64,000 nucleotides of DNA from an uncultured Alphaproteobacteria bacterium (GCA_902600225.1 CACKIH010000002.1:13743-77742), one strand, 5' to 3'; positions 8,868 to 19,380 are shown, counted from the first letter of the stretch. Notes: a model not told the origin generated them from the sequence alone. A program made the numbers and translations.

Positions 8868-10784
8868 ATGGATTATGATCTTTTAGATAAAATTAATTTT
8901 CCATCAGATTTAAGGGAATTTAAAAAGAAAGATCTAAAGCAAATCTCAGAAGAATTAAGAGCTAAAACAATTGAGACTGTTTCAAAAACTGGCGGTCATC
9001 TTGGTGCAGGACTTGGTGTTGTTGAATTAACTGTTGCAATTCATTATGTATTTAATACCCCTCATGATAAATTAATTTGGGATGTTGGACACCAAGCGTA
9101 TCCTCACAAAATTATAACAGGTAGAAAAAAAAATATCGAGACACTGAGAAAAAAAGATGGTGTTTATGGTTTTGTTAGAAGATCAGAAAGTGAATATGAT
9201 CCATTTGGTACAGCCCATAGTTCAACAGCAGTTTCAGCAGGATTGGGAATTAAAGCTGCAAAAGATATAAATAAAGATAACTCTAAAGTTATATGTGTTG
9301 TTGGAGATGGTGCATTAAGTGCAGGTTTAGCTTTTGAAGGATTAAACAATGCTGGCGCACAAAAAAAAGGTTTAATTGTCATTTTAAACGATAACAAAAT
9401 GTCAATAGACAAACCAGTTGGTGCTATGAGTACTTATCTAACTAGGTTACTATCATCTAAATCTTACTCAAGTTTAAGAAATATTATTAAAAAAATATCT
9501 AAAACGTTACCATCAAACCTATCAAAGACTCTTTATAGAACAGAAGAGTATTCTAAAGGACTTATCACTGGAGGAACTCTATTTGAGGAATTGGGTTTTT
9601 ATTATCTTGGTCCTATAGATGGGCATAATATAGATGATATGGTTTCAGTTCTAGAAAATATAAGAGACAACAAATTTGATAAACCAGTTTTTCTTCATTG
9701 TATAACCAAAAAAGGTAAAGGATATAGTCCTGCAGAAAAATCAGAAGATAAATTTCACGGAGTTGAAAAGTTTGATATTAACACTGGGAACTCAGTTAAA
9801 AAAACAAATTTAAAATCCTATTCAAATGTTTTTGGTGAAACATTATCAAAACTTGCCGAAAATGATGAAAAAATTGTAGCAATAACAGCCGCTATGATGT
9901 CTGGAACAGGCTTAAAATTATTCCAACAAAATTTTGAAAAAAGATTTTTTGATGTTGGTATTGCTGAACAACATGCTGTTACAATGGCAGCTGGATTGGC
10001 GACAGAGGGTTTCAAACCTTTTGTTGCAATTTATTCAACTTTTTTACAAAGAGCTTACGATCAAATCGTACATGACGTGGCTATTCAAAAATTACCTGTT
10101 AGATTTGCAATTGATAGAGCAGGTTTAGTAGGATCAGATGGCCCTACTCATGCTGGCTCATTTGATATTACTTATTTAGCCACATTACCAAATTTTATAG
10201 TTATGGCGCCTAGCAACCAAAGAGAGTTATCTAGTATGATAGAGTTATCCTGTGAGATTAATGACACGCCATCTGCTTTTAGATTTCCAAGAGGAACAGG
10301 ATCGGAAGAACTATTTAATAATCAGCCAACAGATATCAATATAGGTAAGGGATATATTTTAATTGAAGGTAATGATGTTGCTATTTTAAATTTAGGAACA
10401 AGGCTTGAAAAATGTATTGAAGCTAGTAAATTTCTTAATCAAAACAATATTTATCCTACTATCGCAGATGCAAGGTTTGCAAAACCATTAGACACACAAT
10501 TAATAGATAACTTATTAAACAATCATAAGTATATTTTAACAATAGAAGAAGGCTCTATAGGTGGATTTTCATCACATGTTTTACATTATATTCATAATAT
10601 GAGATCAAAAAAAGATAATGTAGTTATAAAAAATTTAATTTTTCCAGATCGGTTTGTTGAACATATGACACCGGATGAACAATATCAAGATATTAAAATG
10701 GATACAGAATCAATAATCAGAGAAATTAATAATTTTTATGAGAATAAAATTATTGATATAAAGAATTTTAAACTTAAAGTTTAA
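8868..10784 (+). CDS. dxs: 1-deoxy-D-xylulose-5-phosphate synthase
   Basis: Contains GGHLGAGLGVVELTVAIHYVF, the GDGALSAG TPP motif and IAEQHAVT. Length is 638 aa. Confidence 0.97.
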   Translation: MDYDLLDKINFPSDLREFKKKDLKQISEELRAKTIETVSKTGGHLGAGLGVVELTVAIHYVFNTPHDKLIWDVGHQAYPHKIITGRKKNIETLRKKDGVYGFVRRSESEYDPFGTAHSSTAVSAGLGIKAAKDINKDNSKVICVVGDGALSAGLAFEGLNNAGAQKKGLIVILNDNKMSIDKPVGAMSTYLTRLLSSKSYSSLRNIIKKISKTLPSNLSKTLYRTEEYSKGLITGGTLFEELGFYYLGPIDGHNIDDMVSVLENIRDNKFDKPVFLHCITKKGKGYSPAEKSEDKFHGVEKFDINTGNSVKKTNLKSYSNVFGETLSKLAENDEKIVAITAAMMSGTGLKLFQQNFEKRFFDVGIAEQHAVTMAAGLATEGFKPFVAIYSTFLQRAYDQIVHDVAIQKLPVRFAIDRAGLVGSDGPTHAGSFDITYLATLPNFIVMAPSNQRELSSMIELSCEINDTPSAFRFPRGTGSEELFNNQPTDINIGKGYILIEGNDVAILNLGTRLEKCIEASKFLNQNNIYPTIADARFAKPLDTQLIDNLLNNHKYILTIEEGSIGGFSSHVLHYIHNMRSKKDNVVIKNLIFPDRFVEHMTPDEQYQDIKMDTESIIREINNFYENKIIDIKNFKLKV

Positions 10785-10814
10785 TTCTTGTAAAAATTTA
10801 ATTTAAATTAAAAA

Positions 10815-11600
10815 ATGAAGAAAATAAAAATTTTACACAAAAGTTTTTCTAAACCGATAAGCTGTTTAACTGCATACTCTCCATCAATTGCAAATATTTT
10901 AGATGGAAAAATTGATTTAATACTGGTTGGAGACTCTCTTGGCTCAACACTTTATGGGATGAAAAATACTCAAGGAGTTACTATGGATATGATGAAACAT
11001 CATGGGGCAGCTGTTAATAAAGAAATTAAGAAAAGTTTAAAGGTTTTAGATATGCCTTATAAAACATATGATAATAAAATCGATGCATATAGAAATGCTA
11101 AAATACTTTTAAATCACTGTAAGCCTGATTTATTAAAGATAGAAATTAGTGAAAAAAAATTAGTTGTTTTGAAACACTTAGTAGATAAGAAGATAAACGT
11201 CATTTCTCATATAGGAGTAACTCCACAAAGTTATAAGAATTTTAATAAAATTAAAGTTTTAGGAAGAACTAATAAAGAGAAAAAAAATTTATTAAAGTTA
11301 GCAAAAGAATCTGAAACACTTGGAGCTAAAGCCGTATTGTTAGAATGTGTAACAGCCAATACAGCTAAGCTAATTACGGAAAATGTTTCGATACCTACAA
11401 TAGGTATAGGTGCTTCAAAATACTGTGATGGTCAAGTTTTAGTGTTTGATGATTTAATAAATCTAAATATAAATGATAAAAAACCAAAATTTGTAAAAAA
11501 TTATTTTAATTTTAATAAAGTTGCTACTAATGTAGTTAAAAAGTACAATAGAGAAGTTAAACTTAAAAAATTTCCTAGTACTAAATTTACTTACAATTAG
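10815..11600 (+). CDS. panB: 3-methyl-2-oxobutanoate hydroxymethyltransferase
   Basis: Contains LTAYSPSIANILD, LVGDSLG and IGIGAS..CDGQVLV, matching the KPHMT family. Confidence 0.9.
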   Translation: MKKIKILHKSFSKPISCLTAYSPSIANILDGKIDLILVGDSLGSTLYGMKNTQGVTMDMMKHHGAAVNKEIKKSLKVLDMPYKTYDNKIDAYRNAKILLNHCKPDLLKIEISEKKLVVLKHLVDKKINVISHIGVTPQSYKNFNKIKVLGRTNKEKKNLLKLAKESETLGAKAVLLECVTANTAKLITENVSIPTIGIGASKYCDGQVLVFDDLINLNINDKKPKFVKNYFNFNKVATNVVKKYNREVKLKKFPSTKFTYN

Positions 11601-12226
11601 TCTAGATCTATAAAGCTATTATTTTTATCTAAAAACTTGATTAAACCAGAATTTATTTGATACCACAAACCAATTACATTCAGTTTATTTTCATTAATTA
11701 GTTTATTTACAAAATCATATTCACTTAAATTTTTAATTGATTGTTTTATGTTTTCCTGCTCAAAAAAAGTTATTTTTTCACTTTCTGAAAAGTCATTAGG
11801 AATATTTTTGTAAGATTTTTGTAAACAACTTACCCATTGATTTATATATTCAAAATCATTAACATTTTTTTTATCTAATGTTTTGTAAGAATACTCAACT
11901 CCACCACAATTTGAGTGTCCTAAAATGATTAAGTTTCGAATTTTTAGAACTTTTAATGCGTATTCTATTGCAGATAATGTTTGAATATTTTGGCTCTTAT
12001 CATTTATGGAAGGTACTATATTAGCGATATTTCTATGTATAAAATAATCTCCAACACTTCCGCCAAATATCGTATTTTCAAGAATTCTAGAATCACAACA
12101 AGTAATAATCATAGCAATTGGTTTTTGGCGAGTTTTAGAAGCTTGCTGATATATATCTTTATAATCTTTAAAGGTATTCTCTTTCCAGAATTGATATCTT
12201 TCAATTAAAAATTTTGGTATTTCCAT
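11597..12226 (-). CDS. Beta-class carbonic anhydrase
   Basis: Contains the zinc-ligand motifs CCDSR and GHSNCGG. Length is 209 aa. Confidence 0.85.
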   Translation of the reverse strand: MEIPKFLIERYQFWKENTFKDYKDIYQQASKTRQKPIAMIITCCDSRILENTIFGGSVGDYFIHRNIANIVPSINDKSQNIQTLSAIEYALKVLKIRNLIILGHSNCGGVEYSYKTLDKKNVNDFEYINQWVSCLQKSYKNIPNDFSESEKITFFEQENIKQSIKNLSEYDFVNKLINENKLNVIGLWYQINSGLIKFLDKNNSFIDLD

Positions 12227-12265
12227 AATATTATTTTTTAAAAACTATTTATATAGCAAAATTAA

Positions 12266-13240
12266 GTGAAAAAGGAAATTAGTAGGAAATTCTGTGTAGC
12301 TCCAATGATGGGATATACAACGCCATATGCCAGAAAACTTTATAGAATTTTATCAAACAACAGTTTTTTATTTAGTGAAATGATAGCAACAAAATCACTG
12401 ATTTATTCAAAGAGTAGAGAAAATATTATTGATAATGACTTTAATAACCCTGTTGCTCTTCAAGTAGGGGGTTCTGAAATAGAAGATTTAAGAAAAGCTT
12501 CAAAAATAGCAATAGATTACAATTATGATGAAATTAATTTAAATGTCGGTTGTCCAAGCAAAGCAGTACAAAAAGGAAGTTTTGGTGCATGTCTAATGCG
12601 AGATAAAATTCTTGTTAGAAATTGCATGGAGGCTTTACAAAATGATAAGATTGAAGCTTCATTAAAATGTAGATTGGGGTTAGGTAAAGAATTAAATTAT
12701 GAATTCTTTGAAGAGTTTATTGATGAGATATCAAAAACTGGAATCAAATTTATTTATGTGCATGCAAGAAATGCAATTTTAAGTGGAATTAGTCCACAAG
12801 GTAATAGGACAATACCTCCTCTTAGTTATGACTTTGTAAAAAAAATCAAAAATAAGTTTCCTAATATAACATTTATACTCAACGGAGGTATAAAAAATCT
12901 TGATGAAGCAGAGAGTCTATTAAAGGAATTCGATGGAGTAATGCTTGGAAGACTAATTAAGAATAATCCTTTTATATTAAAAGAAGTAGATAAAAAAATT
13001 TTTAAAGAAAAAAATAAATTAATTGATGAATCAATAATCAATAATTATTTCGAGTATATAAAACCAAAATTAGGTTTAGAATCAATATTTAGATTATTAA
13101 GTCCTCTACTTAGTATCTTTTTTTCAGTTCCTCATAGCAAAACCTATAGATCTAAAATCAATGATTACATGAAAGATCAAAAGATAAATTTAATTGAAGA
13201 TCTATTAATAAAATTTGTAAGTGAGAAAAATCTAAGTTAA
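12266..13240 (+). CDS. dusA: tRNA dihydrouridine synthase A
   Basis: GTG start. Contains FCVAPMMGYTT and NLNVGCPS. The TIM-barrel Dus family match and the length fit DusA. Confidence 0.85.
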   Translation: MKKEISRKFCVAPMMGYTTPYARKLYRILSNNSFLFSEMIATKSLIYSKSRENIIDNDFNNPVALQVGGSEIEDLRKASKIAIDYNYDEINLNVGCPSKAVQKGSFGACLMRDKILVRNCMEALQNDKIEASLKCRLGLGKELNYEFFEEFIDEISKTGIKFIYVHARNAILSGISPQGNRTIPPLSYDFVKKIKNKFPNITFILNGGIKNLDEAESLLKEFDGVMLGRLIKNNPFILKEVDKKIFKEKNKLIDESIINNYFEYIKPKLGLESIFRLLSPLLSIFFSVPHSKTYRSKINDYMKDQKINLIEDLLIKFVSEKNLS

Positions 13241-13244
13241 GTTT

Positions 13245-13775
13245 TTAGTAAGGTATATGATAAGAAAAGCTTAGAATTTCAACTCCTGGATTTTTGTCAC
13301 CTAAATTTGCGTTTGAAATGTGACTAAATGAAATACCAATTCTATTTTGATTTTTTAATTCATAACTTAATTCAAATGAAGTTCTAAACTGTAGATTGTG
13401 TCCTAATTTTTTTCCAGAACCATCATCATAAATACCTGCCCCAAAACTTGGTGTAAAAAAAAATTTACTTTTATCTCCCTCCAATAATTCACCTATATTA
13501 TCTTCAAAATAAATACCAGTTAAAAAATAAGTAGCTGAGTCGTTTGTATACTCAACACCAAAGAAAGGTTTCAAGAAAAAAAAATTGTCTTCTTCTGGAC
13601 CAATATCAAGTAATGATTTATCACTTCTATATTCATATCTAAAGTCTGTAGCTTGATTTTTTTCAGAGCCATCAAATTTAATATCATAAATACCTAATCC
13701 GAATACATTTGTTCCTTTGCTAGCTAAAGAATTTGAAAAAAAAATAATCACTAATGGGATAAGTATTCTGATCAC
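13245..13775 (-). CDS. Outer-membrane acyloxyacyl hydrolase, lipid A 3-O-deacylase (PagL)-like
   Basis: Has a signal peptide, alternating beta-strand sequence, and a C-terminal FSHISNANLGDKNPGVEILSFSYHIPY that carries the H-x-S-N catalytic motif of the PagL family. Confidence 0.55.
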   Translation of the reverse strand: MIRILIPLVIIFFSNSLASKGTNVFGLGIYDIKFDGSEKNQATDFRYEYRSDKSLLDIGPEEDNFFFLKPFFGVEYTNDSATYFLTGIYFEDNIGELLEGDKSKFFFTPSFGAGIYDDGSGKKLGHNLQFRTSFELSYELKNQNRIGISFSHISNANLGDKNPGVEILSFSYHIPY

Positions 13776-13806
13776 AATATTATCTTATAATTATTTGATT
13801 AAGCTA

Positions 13807-14673
13807 TCAAATAAAAAATTCTTTATTTTGTTGAGATATATCTAATAGAGCTTTTTTTAGTTTATCTAGTGCTTTTGTTTCTATTTGCCTTACTCTTTCT
13901 TTGCTTATTTTTAATTTTTGTCCTAGTTCATCCAAAGTTATACTTCTCTCTCTAAATTTTCTGAGACGAATAATCGTTTTCTCTCTCTCATTTAAAGTAT
14001 CAATTGCTTGATTAATAAAATCTTTTTTTATATTCTTATCATTAAAATCTTCATATGACTCTTCAGGATTTTGACGCTCATCTGCTAAAAGACTCATTAG
14101 ATCATTTTCAGTTTCGTTATCAACTTTTTGATTAAGATGTAAGTCACCTCCAGTAAGTCTTGATTCCATGTTTTGAACTTCTATAGATTTAACATTAAGC
14201 ATATTTGATACTTTGTTAAGCTCTTCTTGACCCATAAATTCTCTTGATACATCATTAATTTGTTGTTTAATTTTTTTAAGATTAAAAAATAGAGCTTTCT
14301 GAGAGGCAGTAGAACCAGTTCTTACCACTGACCAGTTTTTTAAAATATAATCCTGAATAGAAGCTCTAATCCACCATGAAGCATAAGTTGAAAGTCTGAA
14401 ATCTTTAGAAGTATCGAATTTTTCTAAAGCATGCATAATTCCCAAAACACCCTCATGAATTAGATCGTCTATAGGTAAACCATAGCTAGAATATTTTCTT
14501 GCATATGAAATGGCTAATCGCAGATAAGAGTTAAGAATCTTTTGCAACGATTTTGGGGTTTTATTATCTCTCCAATCATTAATTAAATAGAATTCTTCTT
14601 CTTTTTCAAGAATTGCAGCTTTTTTTGAAAGCTCAATAAGATTGTTAGAAAAATAACGATTTTTTAAATCCAT
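13807..14673 (-). CDS. rpoH: RNA polymerase sigma-32 (heat shock) factor
   Basis: Sigma-70 regions 2-4 are present, along with an RpoH-box-like QKALFFNLKKIK. Length is 288 aa. Confidence 0.9.
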   Translation of the reverse strand: MDLKNRYFSNNLIELSKKAAILEKEEEFYLINDWRDNKTPKSLQKILNSYLRLAISYARKYSSYGLPIDDLIHEGVLGIMHALEKFDTSKDFRLSTYASWWIRASIQDYILKNWSVVRTGSTASQKALFFNLKKIKQQINDVSREFMGQEELNKVSNMLNVKSIEVQNMESRLTGGDLHLNQKVDNETENDLMSLLADERQNPEESYEDFNDKNIKKDFINQAIDTLNEREKTIIRLRKFRERSITLDELGQKLKISKERVRQIETKALDKLKKALLDISQQNKEFFI

Positions 14674-14704
14674 ATATTATTATACGTAGCGTATTTAGTT
14701 TAGA

Positions 14705-15517
14705 TCAATTATTTTCAAATAAATCTAATATTTCCCCATTTTCAGTAAATATACCGCATAAAACACTTTTGTTGAATAAAGGCTGTTTAAACAAAGTACA
14801 AACAATATTTTTTTTTGAAATTTCTTGCTGATTTAAGTGTTCAGATTCATACCCTCTAACAATTCTCAAAAACGTTTTATAAGGTCTGTCTATTGTAGAA
14901 AAGTTTTGAAAACCCCACCAAAAACAATCGTTTTGAGCAGATAACGGTCTAGTTATATCTACACCTCTGTTAACAAATAATATTTTTTTTGTATTTGAAT
15001 ATGCAGCGTGTTTCAAATTTAAAAAGTATTGTGTATGACCTAAATTGTTTTGAAGAGTTTTATTTAGAGTTGTTGTCCATTTTGATATATTCATGGTTCC
15101 AGATGAGGCTATGCGTTTGACTTCACTCTCAGAAAAACCATATGATTTTATTGTTTCATTTACACCATGATCGAACATCCATTCAATTATCTCAGTCGGG
15201 TTGGGGGCAAGTTGAAGTTGTAATAATTTACTAAACATTTCTTCTTGTGCTCCTCTTAGAAATACTATCGACTCGGGTTTTAATTTATATTTTGCCATCA
15301 ATCTAAATCTTAAATCTATAACGCTACTGAGAGTTTCTTTCGAATTATTCCCAAGTCCAATAACGTTACCAAGAAAAATTAATTTATCATATTCTTCAAA
15401 ATTATTTAGAAGGAATTTTTTTATAGAATTAAAAGATTTTAGATTTGAATGAATAGAGCCAATTGCCCATATTTTATTAGATTTTTTTAATTCTACAAAA
15501 TTACTTTTTTTATCCAA
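14705..15517 (-). CDS. Metallophosphoesterase-fold protein with degenerate metal-binding motifs (putative pseudo-phosphatase)
   Basis: The layout is collinear with PPP/ApaH-type phosphatases: WAIGSIHSN (for GDxHG), LIFLGNVIGLG (for GDxxDRG) and FLRGAQEEMF (for GNHE). The acidic and His/Asn ligands are replaced. Confidence 0.6.
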   Translation of the reverse strand: MDKKSNFVELKKSNKIWAIGSIHSNLKSFNSIKKFLLNNFEEYDKLIFLGNVIGLGNNSKETLSSVIDLRFRLMAKYKLKPESIVFLRGAQEEMFSKLLQLQLAPNPTEIIEWMFDHGVNETIKSYGFSESEVKRIASSGTMNISKWTTTLNKTLQNNLGHTQYFLNLKHAAYSNTKKILFVNRGVDITRPLSAQNDCFWWGFQNFSTIDRPYKTFLRIVRGYESEHLNQQEISKKNIVCTLFKQPLFNKSVLCGIFTENGEILDLFENN

Positions 15518-15521
15518 AATA

Positions 15522-16025
15522 TTATTTGTTACTCAAAATTTGTTCTATTTTTTCTGTCGATTGAAAATAATCAGTTTTTTCAACAGCTGCAACTTCTCTT
15601 GCTAAACGCTCTATTGCCACCTGAAACATTTGTCTTTCACTATATGATTGTTCAGCTTGACTACTTTTTCTAAATAAGTCTCTAACTACTTCAGAGATTT
15701 TTACAGGATCACCTGAAAAAATCTTTGTTTCATATTCTTGAGCCCTTCTGCTCCACATAATTCTTCTAATTCTTGGTTTGAGTTTTAATGTTGAATATAC
15801 TTCGTCTATAGTTTTTTTTGAAGAAATTTTTCTGAGACCAACCTCATCTTTTTTATCAAGAGGTACTCTTATTATGAGTTTAGATTGTTCCATCTTGACA
15901 ACATAAAAACTCGTTTTGATATTGGCCACTTCCATATTTTCAATTTTTGTTATCTCTCCTACTCCATGTTTAGGGTAAACTACCATCTCACCAATTTTAA
16001 ATTCAGAACTTTTTTTTGCTTTCAT
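15522..16025 (-). CDS. carD: CarD/CdnL family RNA polymerase-binding transcription regulator
   Basis: FKIGEMVVYPKHGVGEI forms the Tudor-like N-domain. Length is 167 aa, and the gene is adjacent to fdxA as in other alphaproteobacteria. Confidence 0.9.
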   Translation of the reverse strand: MKAKKSSEFKIGEMVVYPKHGVGEITKIENMEVANIKTSFYVVKMEQSKLIIRVPLDKKDEVGLRKISSKKTIDEVYSTLKLKPRIRRIMWSRRAQEYETKIFSGDPVKISEVVRDLFRKSSQAEQSYSERQMFQVAIERLAREVAAVEKTDYFQSTEKIEQILSNK

Positions 16026-16358
16026 TTATCTTCCTGGTTTTTCACTAAAGTGCTTATTAAACTTATCTTGAATATTCTGCCACTCTTCTGCATCAGCTGG
16101 AGGTTCTTTTTTTTCAGAAATATTGGGCCAAATTTCTGAGTATTTTCTATTTATTTCAGCCCATTTTTCTATACCATCTTCTGTATCTGATAAAATTGCC
16201 TCAACAGGACATTCCGGCTCACAAACGCCACAATCTATACATTCATCAGGATGTATAACTAGCATATTTTCCCCTTCATAGAAACAATCTACAGGACAAA
16301 CTTCCACACAATCCATGTGCTTACATTTTATACATTTTTCATCAACAACGTATGTCAT
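16026..16358 (-). CDS. fdxA: Ferredoxin, 7Fe (3Fe-4S/4Fe-4S) type
   Basis: Contains the cluster motifs [18 protein letters not shown] and [12 protein letters not shown]. Confidence 0.9.
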   Translation of the reverse strand: MTYVVDEKCIKCKHMDCVEVCPVDCFYEGENMLVIHPDECIDCGVCEPECPVEAILSDTEDGIEKWAEINRKYSEIWPNISEKKEPPADAEEWQNIQDKFNKHFSEKPGR

Positions 16359-16359
16359 A

Positions 16360-16806
16360 TTACTTTTGGTTTTTATCTAGAGCTCTTTTCTTTGCATTTC
16401 CAGAGTCTACATCAGAAATATAAAGTAATCCAGCTAGTCTTCTTATAAGATTTGATTCAAAATCATGAACCTCTCCATCAGATAAGACAATTTCCCATAG
16501 AGTTTCAATAAGAAGAATTTTCTTTTTATCATCAAAATTTTTATTAATAAAAGAAGTGTAATGATGAAGAGATTTAGAATTATTTTTATTTTCTTCTGCC
16601 TTTTCAAGAACTAAATTAACTTCTTTTGGATCCTCAGAAAAAATGTTGATTAAACTTAGTTTTATTTTATTTAATTCAATTTCATCAATTTGACCATCTG
16701 TATATGCAGCTTCGATCATTAATCCACAAAGTAATTCTAAATCTTTGTTATTATTATCTTCTTTAGAATTTTGACTGTTTAAAATATTTTTTAATAAATT
16801 TAGCAA
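16360..16806 (-). CDS. TerB-like (tellurite resistance TerB / DjlA N-domain fold) protein
   Basis: Carries two acidic repeats of the A..DG.i...E type ([13 protein letters not shown] and [11 protein letters not shown]). Length is 148 aa. Confidence 0.5.
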   Translation of the reverse strand: MLNLLKNILNSQNSKEDNNNKDLELLCGLMIEAAYTDGQIDEIELNKIKLSLINIFSEDPKEVNLVLEKAEENKNNSKSLHHYTSFINKNFDDKKKILLIETLWEIVLSDGEVHDFESNLIRRLAGLLYISDVDSGNAKKRALDKNQK

Positions 16807-16826
16807 TTTATACCTACAATATACAT

Positions 16827-19376
16827 TTAAAGAAGTTTTTCTAAAACTGCAAAAGGAGAATTAGGGTCTTTTTTAATTTTATCTTTCTTAATTGTTTTAC
16901 TTATTTTTTTATTAGATTTAACATTTACTGTCTTTTTTAACTCCCTTTCTTTATTGGGAAGAAAAAATAGTTTCTTCTCATCAGAAATAATTACATATTC
17001 ATATCCACAAAAGGTCATAATATCTTTTAATTGATTGCTATTACAACCTATTGGATTCATAAGATCAGATGATTCTAGAAATGGACCTTTCTTTAATTTT
17101 TGTCTTGCAATAAAAAAAACTTTTTCAAAAACATCTATTCTGAAAATAAAATTTTTTATATTTATATAACCTATTGATTTCCAATAATTGTCAGGCATTT
17201 TAGTTTCAGATGTGAAAGATACCCTGCCATTTGATGGTAATGGCAAAAATTCATCATTACTATTTTGATAATATGTTTTCCATAATATGGCACTAAGCTC
17301 TAAAGGTTTTTTCTTTAATAAATTAGGTATAAAAAAATACTTTGCACCAATTCTTATTCCTAGCTTTGAAAGTTGTGTTTTACTTTCCTGAGAAATTGTC
17401 TTTAAAGTATCTTTAAATTTTTCAATTGGGTAATTTCCAAAATTTTCGAGACAATTAAAAACAATTGCCCTAACTTCTGAATTTATATTTTCATCTAATT
17501 TTTTGTTAAGAGGATGAAGGGTATCATTTATTTCTTTATCCAGCCATTTCTGAAGTTTTGCAGAAACCAATAATTTATTTTCTGACGATAAATATTCAGA
17601 ATTTAAAGCATCAGCAATTGGCTTATATATTGAATTTCCTTTTTTTAATTTTCCTATTGGCTCATCACCCCAATAAATAAAGGTGTCGTCTTTTATCTTG
17701 GAATTACTAATTTCACCAAAATTTATTGAGTCAAAGGGTGAATTCAAAAAATTTTCTACTTTTTCATTAATCATGTTTCTTACCGATTTTTTTATATTAC
17801 TAATCGAAAAAAAAGATTGTGAATATATATTCTTTTGTTCAATTAGATCAAAACCTTTAATAATTCCATATTTATTCTTGTCTAGAAATATTTCATTTTT
17901 ATTTTTTATAAGATTATCTTCAATATTTAGAAATTCTTTTTCTCCAATAAAAAATTTTGAAGAATAATCTATAAATTTATTTGTAAGACTATTATGTAAT
18001 TGATCAGATAATTCATTTTCTATTTTTTGTGTTTTTTCTTGCCAATAGTATGTATTTTTAAGCCAGTTGTGATTATTTGAAATATATGTCCAGGTTCTGA
18101 TTTGAGAAATTTTAATTGAAAGTTCAGGTATGCCACCTCCAAAGTTGTTAAGCTTACTTATCTTACTATTGATCCATTCTTCAGGTATACGATAATTATT
18201 ATCGATTAAGATTAAATATATATCTTTTAAGAGTAGTAAATAATTATCATTAAACAGTTTTTCAAAATCTGGTATTTGACATATATTCCATAGTAACTTT
18301 AAATTTTTTTTTGATTTAAGAAATTTTTGAACATCAATGTCGTTAATTAAATTACGAAAATTAATCTCATCCAGAGCATTTTTTTTATGAATGAAATAAC
18401 TATTAATAGGATATTTTTTTAATGAAGATAATAATGTTTGTGTAGAATTGAAATCTAAATCACTATTTCTCCAATAAAATTTTTGAATTTTATCAAAGTT
18501 ATGGTTCTCTATCTGTTGAATGATTAAGGGATCTAAATTACCTGCTTCTTTTGTATGACTAAATGTGCCATCCTGTTTATATCTACCTGCTCTTCCAGCA
18601 ATTTGACCTAATTCATTAGGAGTAAGATTTCGATTATATCTACCATCAAATTTCTCTAGCGATGAGAAGCTTACATGATTAATATTTAAATTTAAACCCA
18701 TCCCAATAGCATCTGTAGCTACAAGATAATCAACATTTTTGTTTTCGTATATCTCAACTTGTGCATTTCTAGTTCTTGGACTGAGTGAGCCTAATACAAC
18801 CGCAGTACCGCCCTTATAGGTCCTAATATTTTCGGCAATTTCATAAACCTTATTAATATTAAATGCTATTATTGCGGATCTAGGTTCAAGTTTAGAAAAA
18901 TTTTGTTTTCTTAAAAAAGTAAGTTGAGAAAATCGATTTTTTTTTTCAATAATAATATTTGGGTAAATTTTTTTTAGTATATTTTCAACATTCATTGATC
19001 CTAAAAAAATGGTTTGAAAGTTACCTTTTAAATTTAGAATTCTATCTGTAAAAATATGCCCACGTTCATAATCAGCAGCTAATTGAATCTCATCAATAAT
19101 AACACAATCTACGGGAATATCATTTGGCATTGACTCAACAGTGCAGAAAAAATATTTGGCTTCTTTGGGTAATATTTTTTCCTCACCAGTAACTAAAGCT
19201 ACTTTACTTAGTCCAATTCTTTTTACTGCTTTGTCATAATTTTCCCTCGCAAGTAGTCTTAAAGGAAAGCCAAATATTCCAGAAGAGAAAGAGAGTAATT
19301 TTTCAAATGCTGCATAGGTTTTACCTGTATTAGTAGGCCCAAGTATGGCTAATAGGTTTTCATTTGTATTAGACAT
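16827..19376 (-). CDS. SUV3-like ATP-dependent helicase with long uncharacterised C-terminal extension
   Basis: Contains GPTNTGKTYAAFEKL (motif I), PLRLLARENYDK, IIDEIQ (motif II) and QIAGRAGR (motif VI), all within the first ~300 aa. The remaining ~500 aa have no motif I recognise. Confidence 0.75.
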   Translation of the reverse strand: MSNTNENLLAILGPTNTGKTYAAFEKLLSFSSGIFGFPLRLLARENYDKAVKRIGLSKVALVTGEEKILPKEAKYFFCTVESMPNDIPVDCVIIDEIQLAADYERGHIFTDRILNLKGNFQTIFLGSMNVENILKKIYPNIIIEKKNRFSQLTFLRKQNFSKLEPRSAIIAFNINKVYEIAENIRTYKGGTAVVLGSLSPRTRNAQVEIYENKNVDYLVATDAIGMGLNLNINHVSFSSLEKFDGRYNRNLTPNELGQIAGRAGRYKQDGTFSHTKEAGNLDPLIIQQIENHNFDKIQKFYWRNSDLDFNSTQTLLSSLKKYPINSYFIHKKNALDEINFRNLINDIDVQKFLKSKKNLKLLWNICQIPDFEKLFNDNYLLLLKDIYLILIDNNYRIPEEWINSKISKLNNFGGGIPELSIKISQIRTWTYISNNHNWLKNTYYWQEKTQKIENELSDQLHNSLTNKFIDYSSKFFIGEKEFLNIEDNLIKNKNEIFLDKNKYGIIKGFDLIEQKNIYSQSFFSISNIKKSVRNMINEKVENFLNSPFDSINFGEISNSKIKDDTFIYWGDEPIGKLKKGNSIYKPIADALNSEYLSSENKLLVSAKLQKWLDKEINDTLHPLNKKLDENINSEVRAIVFNCLENFGNYPIEKFKDTLKTISQESKTQLSKLGIRIGAKYFFIPNLLKKKPLELSAILWKTYYQNSNDEFLPLPSNGRVSFTSETKMPDNYWKSIGYINIKNFIFRIDVFEKVFFIARQKLKKGPFLESSDLMNPIGCNSNQLKDIMTFCGYEYVIISDEKKLFFLPNKERELKKTVNVKSNKKISKTIKKDKIKKDPNSPFAVLEKLL

Positions 19377-19380
19377 TGAT

